From Eledone cirrhosa (Eukaryota): a stretch of 64,000 nt of DNA. Of this stretch, positions 43,367 through 56,829 are shown piece after piece (position 1 is the stretch's first letter; each line of letters opens with the position of its first letter). The DNA lies in NCBI GenBank assembly GCA_964016885.1, contig OZ024752.1, positions 47,802,001-47,866,000 of the forward strand. The letters run 5' to 3'. The position numbers and the translations under genes were made by a program. A model generated the notes under the pieces. The model was not told the origin of the DNA, searched no databases, and saw nothing but the letters and a program-made list of their open reading frames with translations.

Positions 43367-44614
43367 ATACTAATATGTAGTAATTAGGATTTTCATAATG
43401 ATTTCTAATCTCGGCACAAGGCCTGCAATTCAAGGAGAAGGGGAGCGGGGAGCCAATTAAACCGGTCCCAGTATTTAACTGGTACTTTATTTGACCCTGA
43501 AAGGATGAAAGCCAAAGTTGACCTCGATGAGATTTCAACTCAGACCATAGAGAGCTGAAACAAACAAACAAACAACAACAACAACATTAAGAAACATTTG
43601 AATACATATTTCATTTCTGTTCTATTTTACTTGCTGAAGGTAGTAAATCCCAAGACATTGTTTCACAGTGGCCATCAACTCTTTAAGATTAAGTATCACT
43701 AACAGGCAAAGAAATAAAAACAAAACCAACTTCAATTCTTCTCAATTTACGGATAAAACTTTTGACAGTGGTGACGTAATAAAGGAGTGTGCCTGTTGAA
43801 TTAACAGAGAGAATTCTTGTGAGTACAAGACAGTGTGGTTACATAGTGATAGCAGTTAATGTTATTTCTATAGTTTAGTTTATGAAATAATTGCAGCACT
43901 AAATTTGACTCTACTTCTCCAGACATCAGTGATAAATTATACTGCCACTGGGATTGAAACTGATCATTAAAGCAGCAATTCATTAACAGATATGTCTATT
44001 CAGTAATTAATCAGCTCCATTCAAATATAATGATTTCTAATTTAAGCACAAGGCCAGCAACATTAGATGGAAGGGGACGGTTGATTAGTTCAACCCCAGT
44101 ACTTGACTGGTACTTTATTTTATCAAATAGGGAATGAAGAAAGTTAAAATTGACTTCGGTAGGATTTGAACTCAGAAGCAAAGAGATAGAAAAAATACGG
44201 CAAAGGCATTTTATATGACACTTTAACAATTCTGCCAATCTCTCCCCCATCCTGTTCCATTGGGTGAATATGTATCTGGAGTCTACAAGCTCATTATGTG
44301 CCTTGTTTCATGTAGCATTAACTCTTAATGCCTGGTACCACATGAGTTGGCATAAACAAAACAATTTTGAAAAGTACAAGACAGAACTATAACTGCATCA
44401 CATGAAAAATAAAAATCTTTACTTGATACTACAAATTTTCAGTTAAAGAAGTTACTGCAAACATTTGAATTGCCAAATCTGTTTTTAAATATTTTCTGCT
44501 AAATCATTATAAGATGGTGTGAGTATAAGACAAAGAATGCAGCCCACCACTAAGGAAACGCCTAACTACTCATAGAATTTATTGTTAGTTGAATGAACAC
44601 TTGTTTCAGTTGCT

Positions 44615-44833
44615 TTAACCCTTTAACATTTACATTATTCTATATATACTATTATATTTTCATGGTAAAGGCTTTACTTCACATAATTATCTTACATAAT
44701 ATCGAATCTATGAGATTCTGATATTATTTATTTTGAGAACAATACCTTAACATCAGTATGAGTGGCTGGTTACAGCTGGTTTGAACAGAAAGAGATGAGA
44801 GAATTCTGGCTGGTTTAAATGCTAAAGGGTTAA
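44615..44833. mobile_element. piggyBac-like MITE (unexpanded, ~215 bp)
   Basis: TTAA-ccctttaacattt ... aaatgctaaaggg-TTAA. Confidence 0.75.
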
Positions 44834-44971
44834 TAAGAGGAAAGGCTAAATAGAATCAGTTATATTTAAGTTAGTTAAACACCACTGGTTAATTATTTAG
44901 TTAAATCTCTAATTCTACAGCTATATCAATATCACAATGTTAAAAGAGTTAAGTAAGAGCTAACAATAATG

Positions 44972-45187
44972 AAGGTACATGGCTTAGTGGTTAGAGCATT
45001 TGGGCTTGCAATTGGGAGGCTGTGAGTTCGATTCTTGGACTGGGTGATGTGTTGTGTCCTTGCGAAAGACACTTTATTTCATGTTGCTCCAGTTTACTCA
45101 GCTCAGCTATAGAAATGAGTTGTGATGTCACCGGTGCCAAGCTGTATCAGCCATTGCCTTCTCTTTGGATAACATCAATGGTGTGGA
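44972..45187 (+). mobile_element. tRNA-head SINE sharing its head with family A but with a different 3' body
   Basis: tggcttagtggttagagc, gagttcgattc, then tgtcaccggtgccaagctgtatcagcc; related minus-strand copy at ~10530-10680. Confidence 0.7.
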
Positions 45188-45929
45188 TGTTTATGCAGGA
45201 GTGGCAAACCACATATTTCATAGCCATTAGAAAAAAGCAAAAATGAATGCTTCCTCTTCGAAAGAGGGATAACTCAAGAAGAAGAACAACAACAAGAAAC
45301 AACAACAATAGCAGCAAGGTTTCTATTTCACTAATCAATGCTTTAGACCAGCAAATAAAGTTATAATTCTGATATTAAATTTTTGTTAATGAGTTAGTTT
45401 CACCTTTAATTACATGAAGTCTATAAGATAAAAAAAAGAAAATAACAACAACAACAACAACAAACACAATAAACAATCAAACAGCAATACGAAACATATA
45501 GCAAAACAATGCTGTTGATTAGAGTTTGGGATCTTTTGTTCTATCTAATTTAAGGGAGAAATTTTATTTATACATATGATAATAAAATTGTAACAGGTAA
45601 TATTGTATAGAAAGATAATCTTGAATTTAATTCTAAATATAATAAATATTCATACAAGCATATTAGAAATGTAATGGAAAGGAAACATTAAAGTGAAAGA
45701 ATGGTTTAATAGACTTGAAATTGAATAGAAATACATTAACAACCCACCACCCTCACCCCGGCATCTATCATCATCATTGTCCCCCTCCTCTTCTTCTTCC
45801 TTTTTACATCTGTTTCTCCATCCCCATGCTTGCATGGGTTGGATAGGTGTTTTTCAGCATGGCTTCCATCTACTTATTGCATAGAATATATATAAGATCT
45901 TCGATCATGCATTTCTTTGTCATAACATC

Positions 45930-46630
45930 ATTGTTTGTACTTTTGGCACAAGGCCAGCAATTATCCCAGTGCATTACTGGTACTTTATTTTATCGACCCT
46001 GTAAGGATGAAAGGCAAAGTTAACCTTGGCGGGATTTGAACTCAGATCATAAAGGGACGTAACTCTATGCTTCAAAGCATGGTGTCCGACTCTAAAATAA
46101 TTGTTTCTACATTTGGCACGAGGCCAGCAAATACCCCAGTACATTACTGGTACTTTATTTTATCGACCCTGTAAGGATGAAAGGCAAAGTTAACCTCGGC
46201 GGGATTTGAACTCAGATCATAAAGGGCCGTAACTCTATGCTTCAAAGCATGGTGTCCGACTCTAAAATAATTGTTTCTACATTTGGCACGAGGCCAGCAA
46301 ATACCCCAGTACATTACTGGTACTTTATTTTATCGACCCTGTAAGGATGAAAGGCAAAGTTAACCTCGGCGGGATTTGAACTCAGATCATAAAAAGACGT
46401 AACTCTATGCTTCAAAGCATGGTGTCCGACTCTAAAATAATTGTTTCTACATTTGGCACGAGGCCAGCAAATACCCCAGTACATTACTGGTACTTTATTT
46501 TCTCGACCCCGTAAGGATGAAAGGCAAAGTTAACCTCAGCGGGATTTGAACTCAGAATGGCAGGGGCCGTAACTCTATGCTGCAAAGCATGGCGTCCAAC
46601 CCTCTACTGATACTGCCAATCCACCGCCCT
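45930..46630 (-). mobile_element. Four tandem SINE family B units (~180 bp)
   Basis: Near-identical units sharing the junction ccgactctaaaataattgtttctac. Confidence 0.9.
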
Positions 46631-47053
46631 TTGTCATAAATAATAGAATATATAAGATTCTTGGTCGTGCAGTCCTTTGTGGTTGTTAAGATTATATGTG
46701 TGCCTAATGTTGAAAGCCCAACTAGGCTTGAAAATATGTTTTATCGTTTTTTTTCCAATTTACAGGGAAATACATATATTTAGCATGTTTCCATGTCTAT
46801 ATACAGAAAATGTGTAAATTTATAATTTATATACAGATTTACAGTCTTGGTTACCTTTATTCTCTGTATATACATATATATATATATAACTTTATCAAAT
46901 ACTTTGACTGCTTAGCAAACAACTTTATAATATTTATATCATCATCACCATCATTGTTTAACATCCATCTTTCAGGCTAGCATCGTTATATATATGTATT
47001 TAATCGACTTTCCCCTCCCCCAAATTGTTGGCCTTATTTCTAAAGTAGAAACC

Positions 47054-47096
<43 letters not shown>

Positions 47097-47098
<2 letters not shown>

Positions 47099-47294
47099 GT
47101 AATAAACAACATAAGTCAAGTATTCCATTTACCAAAGGATTCACGAAGACAGACTAGCCCAACAGAGATGTCTGAAATTGCTCATCAGATTAAATTTTCA
47201 TTCTGATGAGTGATTTCAGACATCTCTGTTGAGCTCGTCTGTCTTCGTGAAACCTTTGGTAAATGGAATAATTGACTTGTGTTGTTTATTACAT
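47097..47294. repeat. Inverted repeat (93-bp arms, 12-bp spacer) whose right arm holds a type I hammerhead
   Basis: 47097-47189 versus 47202-47294. Confidence 0.85.
47196..47268 (+). ncRNA. Type I hammerhead-ribozyme-like motif
   Basis: UUUCAUU CUGAUGA GUGA..CAGAC..GUCUG..UCGU GAAACC uuu GGUA AAUGGAA. Confidence 0.7.
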
Positions 47295-47557
47295 CATTAA
47301 ATAGCTCTGTAGCATACATAGAACACTCTCCTCTCCTTTACCCTTCCTACAGAAATACTTCATATATATATATATATATATACGCTGTAATGTGGCCGTG
47401 TAGGTAACACGGTAAAAACCTCCCAGTCCACACTGTAAAGGTAGAAAACCTGCCAGACAGTCCCATACGAGTGAGACGACCAATCTTGCCTCAAGTGGGA
47501 CAATTCCCTTCTAAACCCATGCTAGCATGGAAGATGGACGTTAAACAATGATGATGA

Positions 47558-47669
<112 letters not shown>

Positions 47670-47671
47670 AT

Positions 47672-48002
47672 GGAGGCACATGGGTTAGTGGTTAGAGCAT
47701 TGGCCTTGCAATCGAAAGGTTGTGAGTTCAATTCTCAGACCGGGTGATGTGTTGTTTCCTTGAGCAAGACACTTTATTTCAGATTGCTCCAGTTTACTCA
47801 GCTGTAGAAATGAGATGATAGGGACCCCAGTCCCTATCATTCCACTGCAAAGTGGTCGTGGAGGTGCCACGGCAAAAAAGCACCCAGCACTCACTGTAAA
47901 TGAGGTTGGTGTTAGGAAGGGCATCCAGCTGTAGAAATCAAGCCAGAATCAGTTCCCGTCCCACCCTTGCAAGCAGGGAAAAGCGGACGTAAAATGAAAT
48001 GA

Positions 48003-48006
<4 letters not shown>
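47672..48006 (+). mobile_element. Full-length SINE family A
   Basis: Head, body and tail as in other copies; flanked by (TA)n on both sides. Confidence 0.9.
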
Positions 48007-48085
<79 letters not shown>

Positions 48086-49039
48086 CACAGGAAAATAAGA
48101 TTGTTACTGCTCCAATCTGTCCACAAAACACTGAAAGAACACCCGAAACCAAATGCTAGCCTTCATTCATGACTCCTGCTGAACCAACCCACTACCCACA
48201 ACCCACCCTCCAAATTCGCCAAACCGACCATGGCCTCCCCACATTCCCAAACTTGACAAATAAACACAGATCACAACAGCCACCAATATATATTGGTAAT
48301 TATATTTTTAAACACAATCGTAGTATTAGTGCCAGAATATATGCTGATGAGCGAATGGCTTCAACTTAACTTTACTATAATTCTAATAACTTTTTCCTTA
48401 GAGAAACTTAAGCAATCAATCTCTATCACCCATGATAAAGGAGAGAGCAAGGAAAAGAAGCAAAGGAAATATTCAAAACAATTCAAATAATAAACATATA
48501 ATGGTGATTCTGGGTTTCTTCTTTTTTACTCTTTTTTTTTTTTTCTCTCTCTCTACATTGGTTCACTGCTGCTCTCAATCAGTATGAATATTTGATGAAG
48601 AAACATTAGTCTTGGAATGTATCTCAGTTGGGAAAAAGTAAAATTAAAAAAAAAAAATTGAGGGAATTTAATACAAGTTAAAACCTTCCAACTATCCATC
48701 ACTAACAATCAGTGGGACTTAAAAAAATACACAATAACACAAACTAATATTTTTTTGAGAAACTGATATCATTCTCAAATTCCTTGGCCACTAACAGAAA
48801 CATTCCTTATGCCTAAGAATAATAGTAATTGTGAGTTTTCCATTATATTATTCCTGTCTTGAGATTAGAAATCTTTATTATAATAATGTTTATGTATGAT
48901 ATTCTTACACTATACTTTGTAAAGTGTCATGATAAAATGCCTAGTACACTCTGTAAAGTAGCTGGCATTAGGAAGGGCATTCCTCTATAGAAGCCAAACC
49001 AAATATTGGATGCATGAACAAGATGTGGCTCTCCAACTG

Positions 49040-49754
49040 CTGAAAAGTGTCAAGGGCATTGCCTTTCCTCCCACCAGTCTTGGAAGCCCTGAAAAGTGTC
49101 AAAGGCACTGCCTTTCCTCCCATGAGTCATGGAAGCCCTGAAAAGTGTCAAGGGCACTGCCTTTCCTCCCACCAGTCTTGGAAGCCCTGAAAAGTGTCAA
49201 AGGCACTGCCTTTCCTCCCACCAGTCTTGGAAGCCCTGAAAAGTGTCAAGGGCACTGCCTTTCCTCCCACCAGTCATGGAAGCCCTGAAAAGTGTCAAGG
49301 GCACTGCCTTTCCTCCCACCAGTCATGGAAGCCCTGAAAAGTGTCAAGGGCACTGCCTTTCCTCCCACCAGTCTTGGAAGCCCTGAAAAGTGTCAAGGGC
49401 ACTGCCTTTCCTCCCACCAGTCTTGGAAGCCCTGAAAAGTGTCAAAGGCACTGCCTTTCCTCCCACCAGTCATGGAAGCCCTGAAAAGTGTCAAGGGCAC
49501 TGCCTTTCCTCCCACCAGTCATGGAAGCCCTGAAAAGTGTCAAGGGCACTGCCTTTCCTCCCACCAGTCTTGGAAGCCCTGAAAAGTGTCAAAGGCACTG
49601 CCTTTCCTCCCATCAGTCATGGAAGCCCTGAAAAGTGTCAAGGGCACTGCCTTTCCTCCCACCAGTCATGGAAGCCCTGAAAAGTGTCAAGGGCACTGCC
49701 TTTCCTCCCACCAGTCATGGAAGCCCTGAAAAGTGTCAAGGGCACTGCCTTTCC
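49040..49754. repeat. 49-bp minisatellite, ~14.6 copies
   Basis: ctgaaaagtgtcaagggcactgcctttcctcccaccagtc(a/t)tggaagcc. Confidence 0.95.
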
Positions 49755-50419
49755 ATTTCTGATTAAACAGTAAAAAAACAACAAAACAATGTGTTATCAT
49801 GTGTCTTGATTCTGTGTCATTTCATGTGTGGCTAAATATTCTGAAATGATTTAAAAACAAACAAACAACCAAACCAAACCAAACCAAAACAACAACAACA
49901 ACAACAATAATGATGATATGATAATGGGGAGGTGATAAGACTGGGTGAGAAAATAAAAGGTGATGGTGGTGGTGGTGGGGAGTTAGTGAAATGTCAATGA
50001 TTTTTATATTCATGACACTGATACTAGCTGCTGCTGCTAATGATGATGATGATTGTAGTTATTTATGATGGATGGAGAAAAAAAAACAGATGAAAATTGA
50101 AATCAATCAAATCAATATGCTGAGATGAGTAAAATAATGAGTTGAAAGAGACTAACACTATAAAAAATATATATATAAATATATATAAAATATATATAAA
50201 ATAAAATAATGAAATAAAAACATATTGGTCTTTATTTGGTTGCAATAATTAAATAGTGGTTTATAAGTACATTTTCTCATTGCTTAATTGGCATAAGCCA
50301 TGTGTGAAATAATTGGAATTATAAGAGAGAGAGAAACAGGAAGAGGAGAGAAAGAAGTCTGAATTGAAAATGATCTTTGGACAATGTATTTTTTTTTTTA
50401 GATGACACTTGTAACAAAA

Positions 50420-50867
50420 CAGTAACTAACAATATGTTGCTAGCAATATGTAACTAGCAGTATGTTGCTAGCAATATGTAACTAGCAGCATGTTGCTAGC
50501 AATATGTAACTAGCAGCATGTTGCTAGCAATATGTAACTAGCAATATGTAACTAGCAATATGTTGCTAGCAGTATGTAACTAGCAATATGTAACTAGCAG
50601 CATGTTGCTAGCAATATGTAACTAGCAATATGTAACTAGCAATATGTTGCTAACAGTATGTAACTAGCAGCATGTTGCTAGCAATATGTAACTAGCAGAA
50701 TGTTGCTAGCAATATGTAACTAGCAATATGTTGCTAGCAATATGTAACTAGCAATATGTAACTAGCAATATGTAATTAACAATATGTTGCTAGCAATATG
50801 TAACTAGCAGCATGTTGCTAGCAATATATAACTAGAAACATATTGCTAGCAGTATGTAACTAGCAAT
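50420..50867. repeat. 14-bp minisatellite with palindromic subunits (tagcaatatgtaac / tagcagcatgttgc)
   Basis: Tandem units containing the palindrome ttgctagcaa. Confidence 0.9.
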
Positions 50868-51065
50868 AAAGCAGGCCCAAGTAACCACTTAAATTTTTTG
50901 AAGTTACAAAAGAAAGGGGAAGTTTTAAAAATCTGAGATACTGACCTTGAAATCAGAGAACATCCAGTAAAATATTTAAAATAATTAAGATTAAATCCAT
51001 CAGAGAAACAAAGGGATAGAAGAGATTCCCTTAAGGCAGACCCAAGAGTAGAAACTCTTCTTACA

Positions 51066-52180
51066 GAGAATTCCTAGAGTAGGAACTCTTCTTACAGGGT
51101 GAGACAACCACAGAGAAAGAATGAGAATTCCTAGAGTAGGAACTCTTCTTACAAGGTGAGACAACCACAAAGAAAGAATGAGAATTCCTAGAGTAGGAAC
51201 TCTTCTTACAAGGTGAGACAACCACAGAGAAAGAATGAGAATTCCTAGAGTAGGAACTCTTCTTACAAGGTGAGACAACCACAAAGAAAGAATGAGAATT
51301 CCTAGAGTAGGAACTCTTCTTACAAGGTGAGACAGCCACAAAGAAAGAATGAGAATTCCTAGAGTAGGAACTCTTCTTACAAGGTGAGACAACCACAGAG
51401 AAAGAATGAGAATTCCTAGAGTAGGAACTCTTCTTACAAGGTGAGACAACCACAAAGAAAGAATGAGAATTCCTAGAGTAGGAACTCTTCTTACAAGGTG
51501 AGACAGCCACAAAGAAAGAATGAGAATTCCTAGAGTAGGAACTCTTCTTACAAGGTGAGACAACCACAGAGAAAGAATGAGAATTCCTAGAGTAGGAACT
51601 CTTCTTACAAGGTGAGACAACCACAAAGAAAGAATGAGAATTCCTAGAGTAGGAACTCTTCTTACAAGGTGAGACAGCCACAAAGAAAGAATGAGAATTC
51701 CTAGAGTAGGAACTCTTCTTACAAGGTGAGACAACCACAGAGAAAGAATGAGAATTCCTAGAGTAGGAACTCTTCTTACAAGGTGAGACAACCACAAAGA
51801 AAGAATGAGAATTCCTAGAGTAGGAACTCTTCTTACAAGGTGAGACAGCCACAGAGAAAGAATGAGAATTCCTAGAGTAGGAACTCTTCTTACAAGGTGA
51901 GACAACCACAGAGAAAGAATGAGAATTCCTAGAGTAGGAACTCTTCTTACAAGGTGAGACAACCACAAAGAAAGAATGAGAATTCCTAGAGTAGGAACTC
52001 TTCTTACAAGGTGAGACAGCCACAAAGAAAGAATGAGAATTCCTAGAGTAGGAACTCTTCTTACAAGGTGAGACAACCACAGAGAAAGAATGAGAATTCC
52101 TAGAGTAGGAACTCTTCTTACAAGGTGAGACAACCACAGAGAAAGAATGAGAATTCCTAGAGTAGGAACTCTTCTTACAA
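51066..52180. repeat. 57-bp minisatellite, ~19.5 copies, with a 3-unit higher-order pattern
   Basis: gagaattcctagagtaggaactcttcttacaaggtgagaca(a/g)ccaca(g/a)agaaagaat. Confidence 0.95.
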
Positions 52181-53979
52181 GTTATGACAACAGCATTCTG
52201 GAGAAGGGTAGATGCTGTTCTTGTTGTCATTTCTAGTGCCCCCGTTGATTCAATCAAGGGAACTGCCTACTGATGAAACTAACGTGTAAGTCACTGAGCA
52301 TTCCACAGGCATGTTCACCTTTAACTTTTGCCAGCTGAATGAACTGGAGCATTGTGAAATATAGTGTGTCTTGCTCAAGGACATAACTCAAAACCTGGTC
52401 TGGGACTCAAACTTTCAACATTATGATCATAAGCAAAGCACCCTAACCTGTAAACCATGTCTTCACTTACATGGATGAATAAGTAACTTTTAAAGATGAA
52501 GAATACATAATCATAAGGATACATGATCATAAGCTTAATATCGAAAACCAGGCTTTGTAGTGGTGGGGTAGCAATAAATCTAACATAGTTAAACCAAATA
52601 AGATCTTAAGAAATAGTTAAACTAAAAAGATAAAGAGTAGAAGACTTGAGAACAACAGTATCAAATATAGATATAAGAATATCACCCAAGTTTATAGTAA
52701 ACTCTATAATGTGGTAGTGCTGGTACCATGATAAAATGCACCCATAAGGGTTGGCATTAGGAAGGGCATCTAGCCATAGAAACCATGCCAAGTATGGAAC
52801 ATGACAAAAACATGTTTCTCTGACCTGTCTAGCATCGGACAATGATGCTCCAGCTAACCCATACTAGATTGGAAAGTGGAGATAAGAATAATGCCGATGG
52901 TAAAGTTCCTGTATTGATTAATGGAAGGTAGCTTAGTTTAGTTTCTGTGGAGTAGATCAGTAGAAATAAGTTAAGAGGGAAACAACAAACTATTGGAAAA
53001 AGAAGAAAAATAAAAACCTAAAAAAACAATTCAAAAAGAGGAGAAATTTAATGAAATATAATTAAAATAAAGTAAAAAAATATAATATAAAATATAATTT
53101 AAAAAAATTAATTTTAAAAAGCAAAGAGCAAGAGAAAAGTTAAGGATAATCTATATCGAAATATCAGTGAACATGTAGAGATGGAAACATTTAATAATAA
53201 TAATAATAAATGTATAGTTTATTTTATTTCCACCTCTCCTTCCTCATAATAGTAAACTGTGTATCTTGAAGAACACAAAATGGAAATTAACAACAAATAT
53301 GTAATTGACCATTACTTTTGACAGCTGGTTCAATGGACTTTCTGGAGAAGGAGCAAAATATCTTAAAAGACAACAACAACAACTACAACAATTTAGAATA
53401 TTAATTACCATGACCTTAAATATGAAATTTTCTGACATTTTTAAGAAAATTGAATGTCTTGCTCCTTCATTGTCAATATTGTTGTTGTTGTTATTTAATT
53501 TGTTTTGTCATTATTCTAATTATTGTAATGGTATTTACACTATTTACAAACTTCTTATAGTAGTTCTTTATTAGTTGTGTATGCAGTTAGTATTTAACAT
53601 AAGACAGATTGATTTGGAACAGTGTCATCTGAAAGAGGGTGATAAAAAAATGTCCTCGTTTTCCTGATTAGATTTTCCAGTTCAATTCCTGAAATACCAT
53701 ATATAATTATTGTCTATAAAGCCACACTTTTTTTTTTCCATTAAAATACGACATCAAAGATTAACTTCGGACTCATCTACTTTTCCCCACAAAACAACAA
53801 TGTAAAATGTATGGTACATTGAAAGTTACTCAAAGAATCATAACACAACATACAGAATTAACCAGGGTGTGATGCAGTAAGCAACGCTTACCTTTCTTCT
53901 TAAAAATAATATTAAAAACAAAAAACACTGATAAAATGTAACTCTTGAAACTTTCACAGTTATATAAAATGTCCAGTGA

Positions 53980-54355
53980 AGCCTCCAACCCACACTGTAA
54001 AGTGGTTGTTTAGGTGTCATGACAAAAAGCAGCCAGCCCACACTGTAAAGTGGATGTGTAGGTGTCATGACAAAAAGCACCCAGCCCACACAGTGAAAAG
54101 ATCGTATAGGAGTCACGACAAAAAGCACCCAGCCCACACTATGAAGTGGTTGTGTAGGAGTCATAACAAAAAGCACTCAGCATACACTGTAAATGTGGCT
54201 GGCGTTAGGAAGGGCCATCCAGCCATAGACACCAAGCCATAAACAGTTGTGTGAGCAACTCAGTCACCAGACCCAATTTGCCTCAGACGAGACAACCCGT
54301 CTAACCCATGCTAGCATGGAAAAAATGGACATTAAACGATGATAATGATGATGAT
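53980..54355 (+). mobile_element. SINE family C-like copy with internal tandem units
   Basis: Repeated cccacactgtaaagtgg..ggtgtcatgacaaaaagcac; tail cccatgctagcatggaaa..ggacattaaacgat. Confidence 0.75.
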
Positions 54356-54639
54356 AAAACCCTGATGCCTTCACAAGCGGCATGACTTATACATTAAGTT
54401 ATGTAACAGTTATAGAAATGGAGGGGTATCACATATACTCAACATCTACTAATGGAAACTACAACTATTATCCTTTGCGAAGCTTCTATCGATAATTCTT
54501 TATTTATCATAGTTATGCATGTATATTCTTATAAAGGTACCTGTATAGGTGTGTCATTTAGAAGTTTGCTTTACAAGCATATGGTCTTGGGTTCTATCCA
54601 ACAGCATACTACCTTAAGCATGTGTCTTCTACTGTTGCT

Positions 54640-55010
54640 TCTGAAGACACAGCATGATACATGTGATCTGTATGTAGTGCAATGTTGCATGGAAGCAAGA
54701 CAAATGGCTTTGAATGTAGAGGATGTGAGAAAGGTGGAAGGAAACAAAGAAAAATCATGCTCCACTGGCTGTGAATTGTTAGTGAATACCAACGATAACG
54801 CACAAGTGAGTTGAGAGAAAAACTGAATATAAGAGGAATCAGGTGTGTGCAAGAGAGAAAACTGCGCTGGTATGGAGATAGTTGGTAATGATTTTGTCAG
54901 CAATTACAAGTGGAAGGAAGCCATGATAGAGGAAGACCAAGGATGTTGTAGACAGAAGTGATGAAAGCTGATCTAGCAAAGAAATGAAAAAAGGACCACA
55001 ACAAGTGGTG
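54640..55010 (+). mobile_element. Decayed RTE LINE fragment related to 5654-6000
   Basis: Frameshifted AMLHGS..ALNVEDVRK..ELREKLNIRGIRCVQERKLRWYG..RGRPR. Confidence 0.65.
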
Positions 55011-55757
55011 AGATATTGTGTTAGAAGTATAGAAATGTTGATGCAAAAATGACAATGAAGGTTGTTATCCAAAAACGAGGGCCAAGGTCACAGAGCTAAA
55101 AGAGAGAGAAGTAAATGGTTAATAATATTCAATAATAAAGACTGTGGGTGGCTTCAGAAGAAACTTAATAATACTAATGGTGTTGGTTGAGGATAGAGAT
55201 GATGGGTGTGGAGATGAAGATGTTGGTGGCAGAAGAGGGTGATGTCATTGATAGCAAAATTGGTGGAACTTCTGAGAGTAGTTAACATCATTATATCACT
55301 AAAGAAATTTATTTTTTGGTTGATAGTAATGACTGTGGTGTAGCAGGGAATACATTTCTTTTTTTGTGTTTTGTGTAAGAGGAGACACTGATGCCACTGA
55401 TGATAATGATGATGATGATAATGATGACATAGATAATGATGAAGATGGTTCCACAAGAGATTGATGGTAGTTGTAGTCGCAACTTTTTTTTTGGGGGGGA
55501 GGGGGGGTGAAAGAATAAACAGTGTTTTATGATAGTGAAGGTGTCATAGATGGAAAAAATTGAAGTAGCTTTAATATGTAGAAGCATTGAAAGTAGTGAA
55601 GGTTTGTGCACATGTATGCATGCATGTATGTGTGCATGTGTATGTGTGTGCATGTGTGTGTGTGAGCGCATGTGTGCATGTGTGAGTGTGAGGGAGCATA
55701 GTTGGCTAGTAGTAAATTTATTGAATTTTTTTTTTTGTTTCTTTAAAGGAAAAGACT

Positions 55758-56242
55758 AGAAAGAAAAGGGTAGAGAGAGAGGAGAAGGTAGAGAGAGAAG
55801 GTTGAGAGAGGGGAGAGAGAGAGGAGAAGGTAGAGGGGAGAGAGAGAGGAGAAGGTAGAGGGGAGAGAGAGGAGAGGGTAGAGGGGAGAGAGAGGAGAGG
55901 GTAGAGAGAGAGAAGGTAGAGAGAGAGAAAGTAGAGAGAGAGAAGGTAGAGAGAGAGAAGGTAGAGAGAGAGAAGGTAGAGAGAGGAGGAGAGTGAGAGG
56001 AGAAAAGAAAAGGAGGAGGAGGAGAGAGAAAGAAGAGAGCGAGAAGGAGGAGAGAGAAAAAGAAGAGGGGGAGAAAGAAAGAAGAGGCGGCGGAGGAAGG
56101 AGAAATAAGAAGAGGGGGGAGAGGAGAGAGGGAGCAAGAGAAGGGTGAAAGAATGAAAGATTGAGAGAAAGGGAAGAAAGAGAGGGAGAAAGAGAGGGAG
56201 AGAGGGAGAAGGGGAGAAAGAGAGAAAGAGAGGAGGAAAGAG
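55758..56242. repeat. Purine-rich (GA)n-like low-complexity tract
   Basis: Directly visible. Confidence 0.9.
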
Positions 56243-56829
56243 AATTAGAATAACATTAATATCAATGAAAAAAAAACCAAAAAAACCTACAAACTTGAAG
56301 GATGTGATTGTATCAAGGTGAAATATTAAAATTATCACAGGAGGAGGAGAAGGTGGAGGAAGAGAAGGACAATATCTTTGTTTTCCCATTTGTTTTTATT
56401 ATATTTATATTTTTGTTATTTCATTCCATATTTTTGTTGGGTATTTTTTTTTTTTTGCTCTTTGAGCAACACACACAAAAAAAAAATCTAGATTTTTTTT
56501 TTTTCTGTTTTGTTTTGTCCCCTCCCCCCCTCCCTCCCTCACCATCTTCCCTCCTCTTCTCTTATTCTTCTAACAATAATACCATCTTCATATCCCATGC
56601 TTCCTATTTATTCCTCTCTATTGGAATTGTTATTCTTAACAACAGAGATTGTTAACGTGAAATATTGTCTTACGAAAACACTGTCAACATAACTCTATTG
56701 AATATTTTCTAAATGTATTCCCACTGCTACCATTTGATGGCGTGGCATGGCAGTAAATTCGTACAATGGTCAATGGTGGCAGCATATATAGTCGAGAACA
56801 TAAAGATTTCATTGAGTTCTACATAACAG

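Noticed and set aside
49040-49754. CRISPR-like appearance of the 49-bp and 57-bp arrays
   Set aside because: Units are contiguous with no unique spacers, there are no cas genes, and the context is eukaryotic
51000-52257. 377-aa and 398-aa repetitive ORFs
   Set aside because: A by-product of a 57-bp tandem unit without stops in two frames; no other coding evidence
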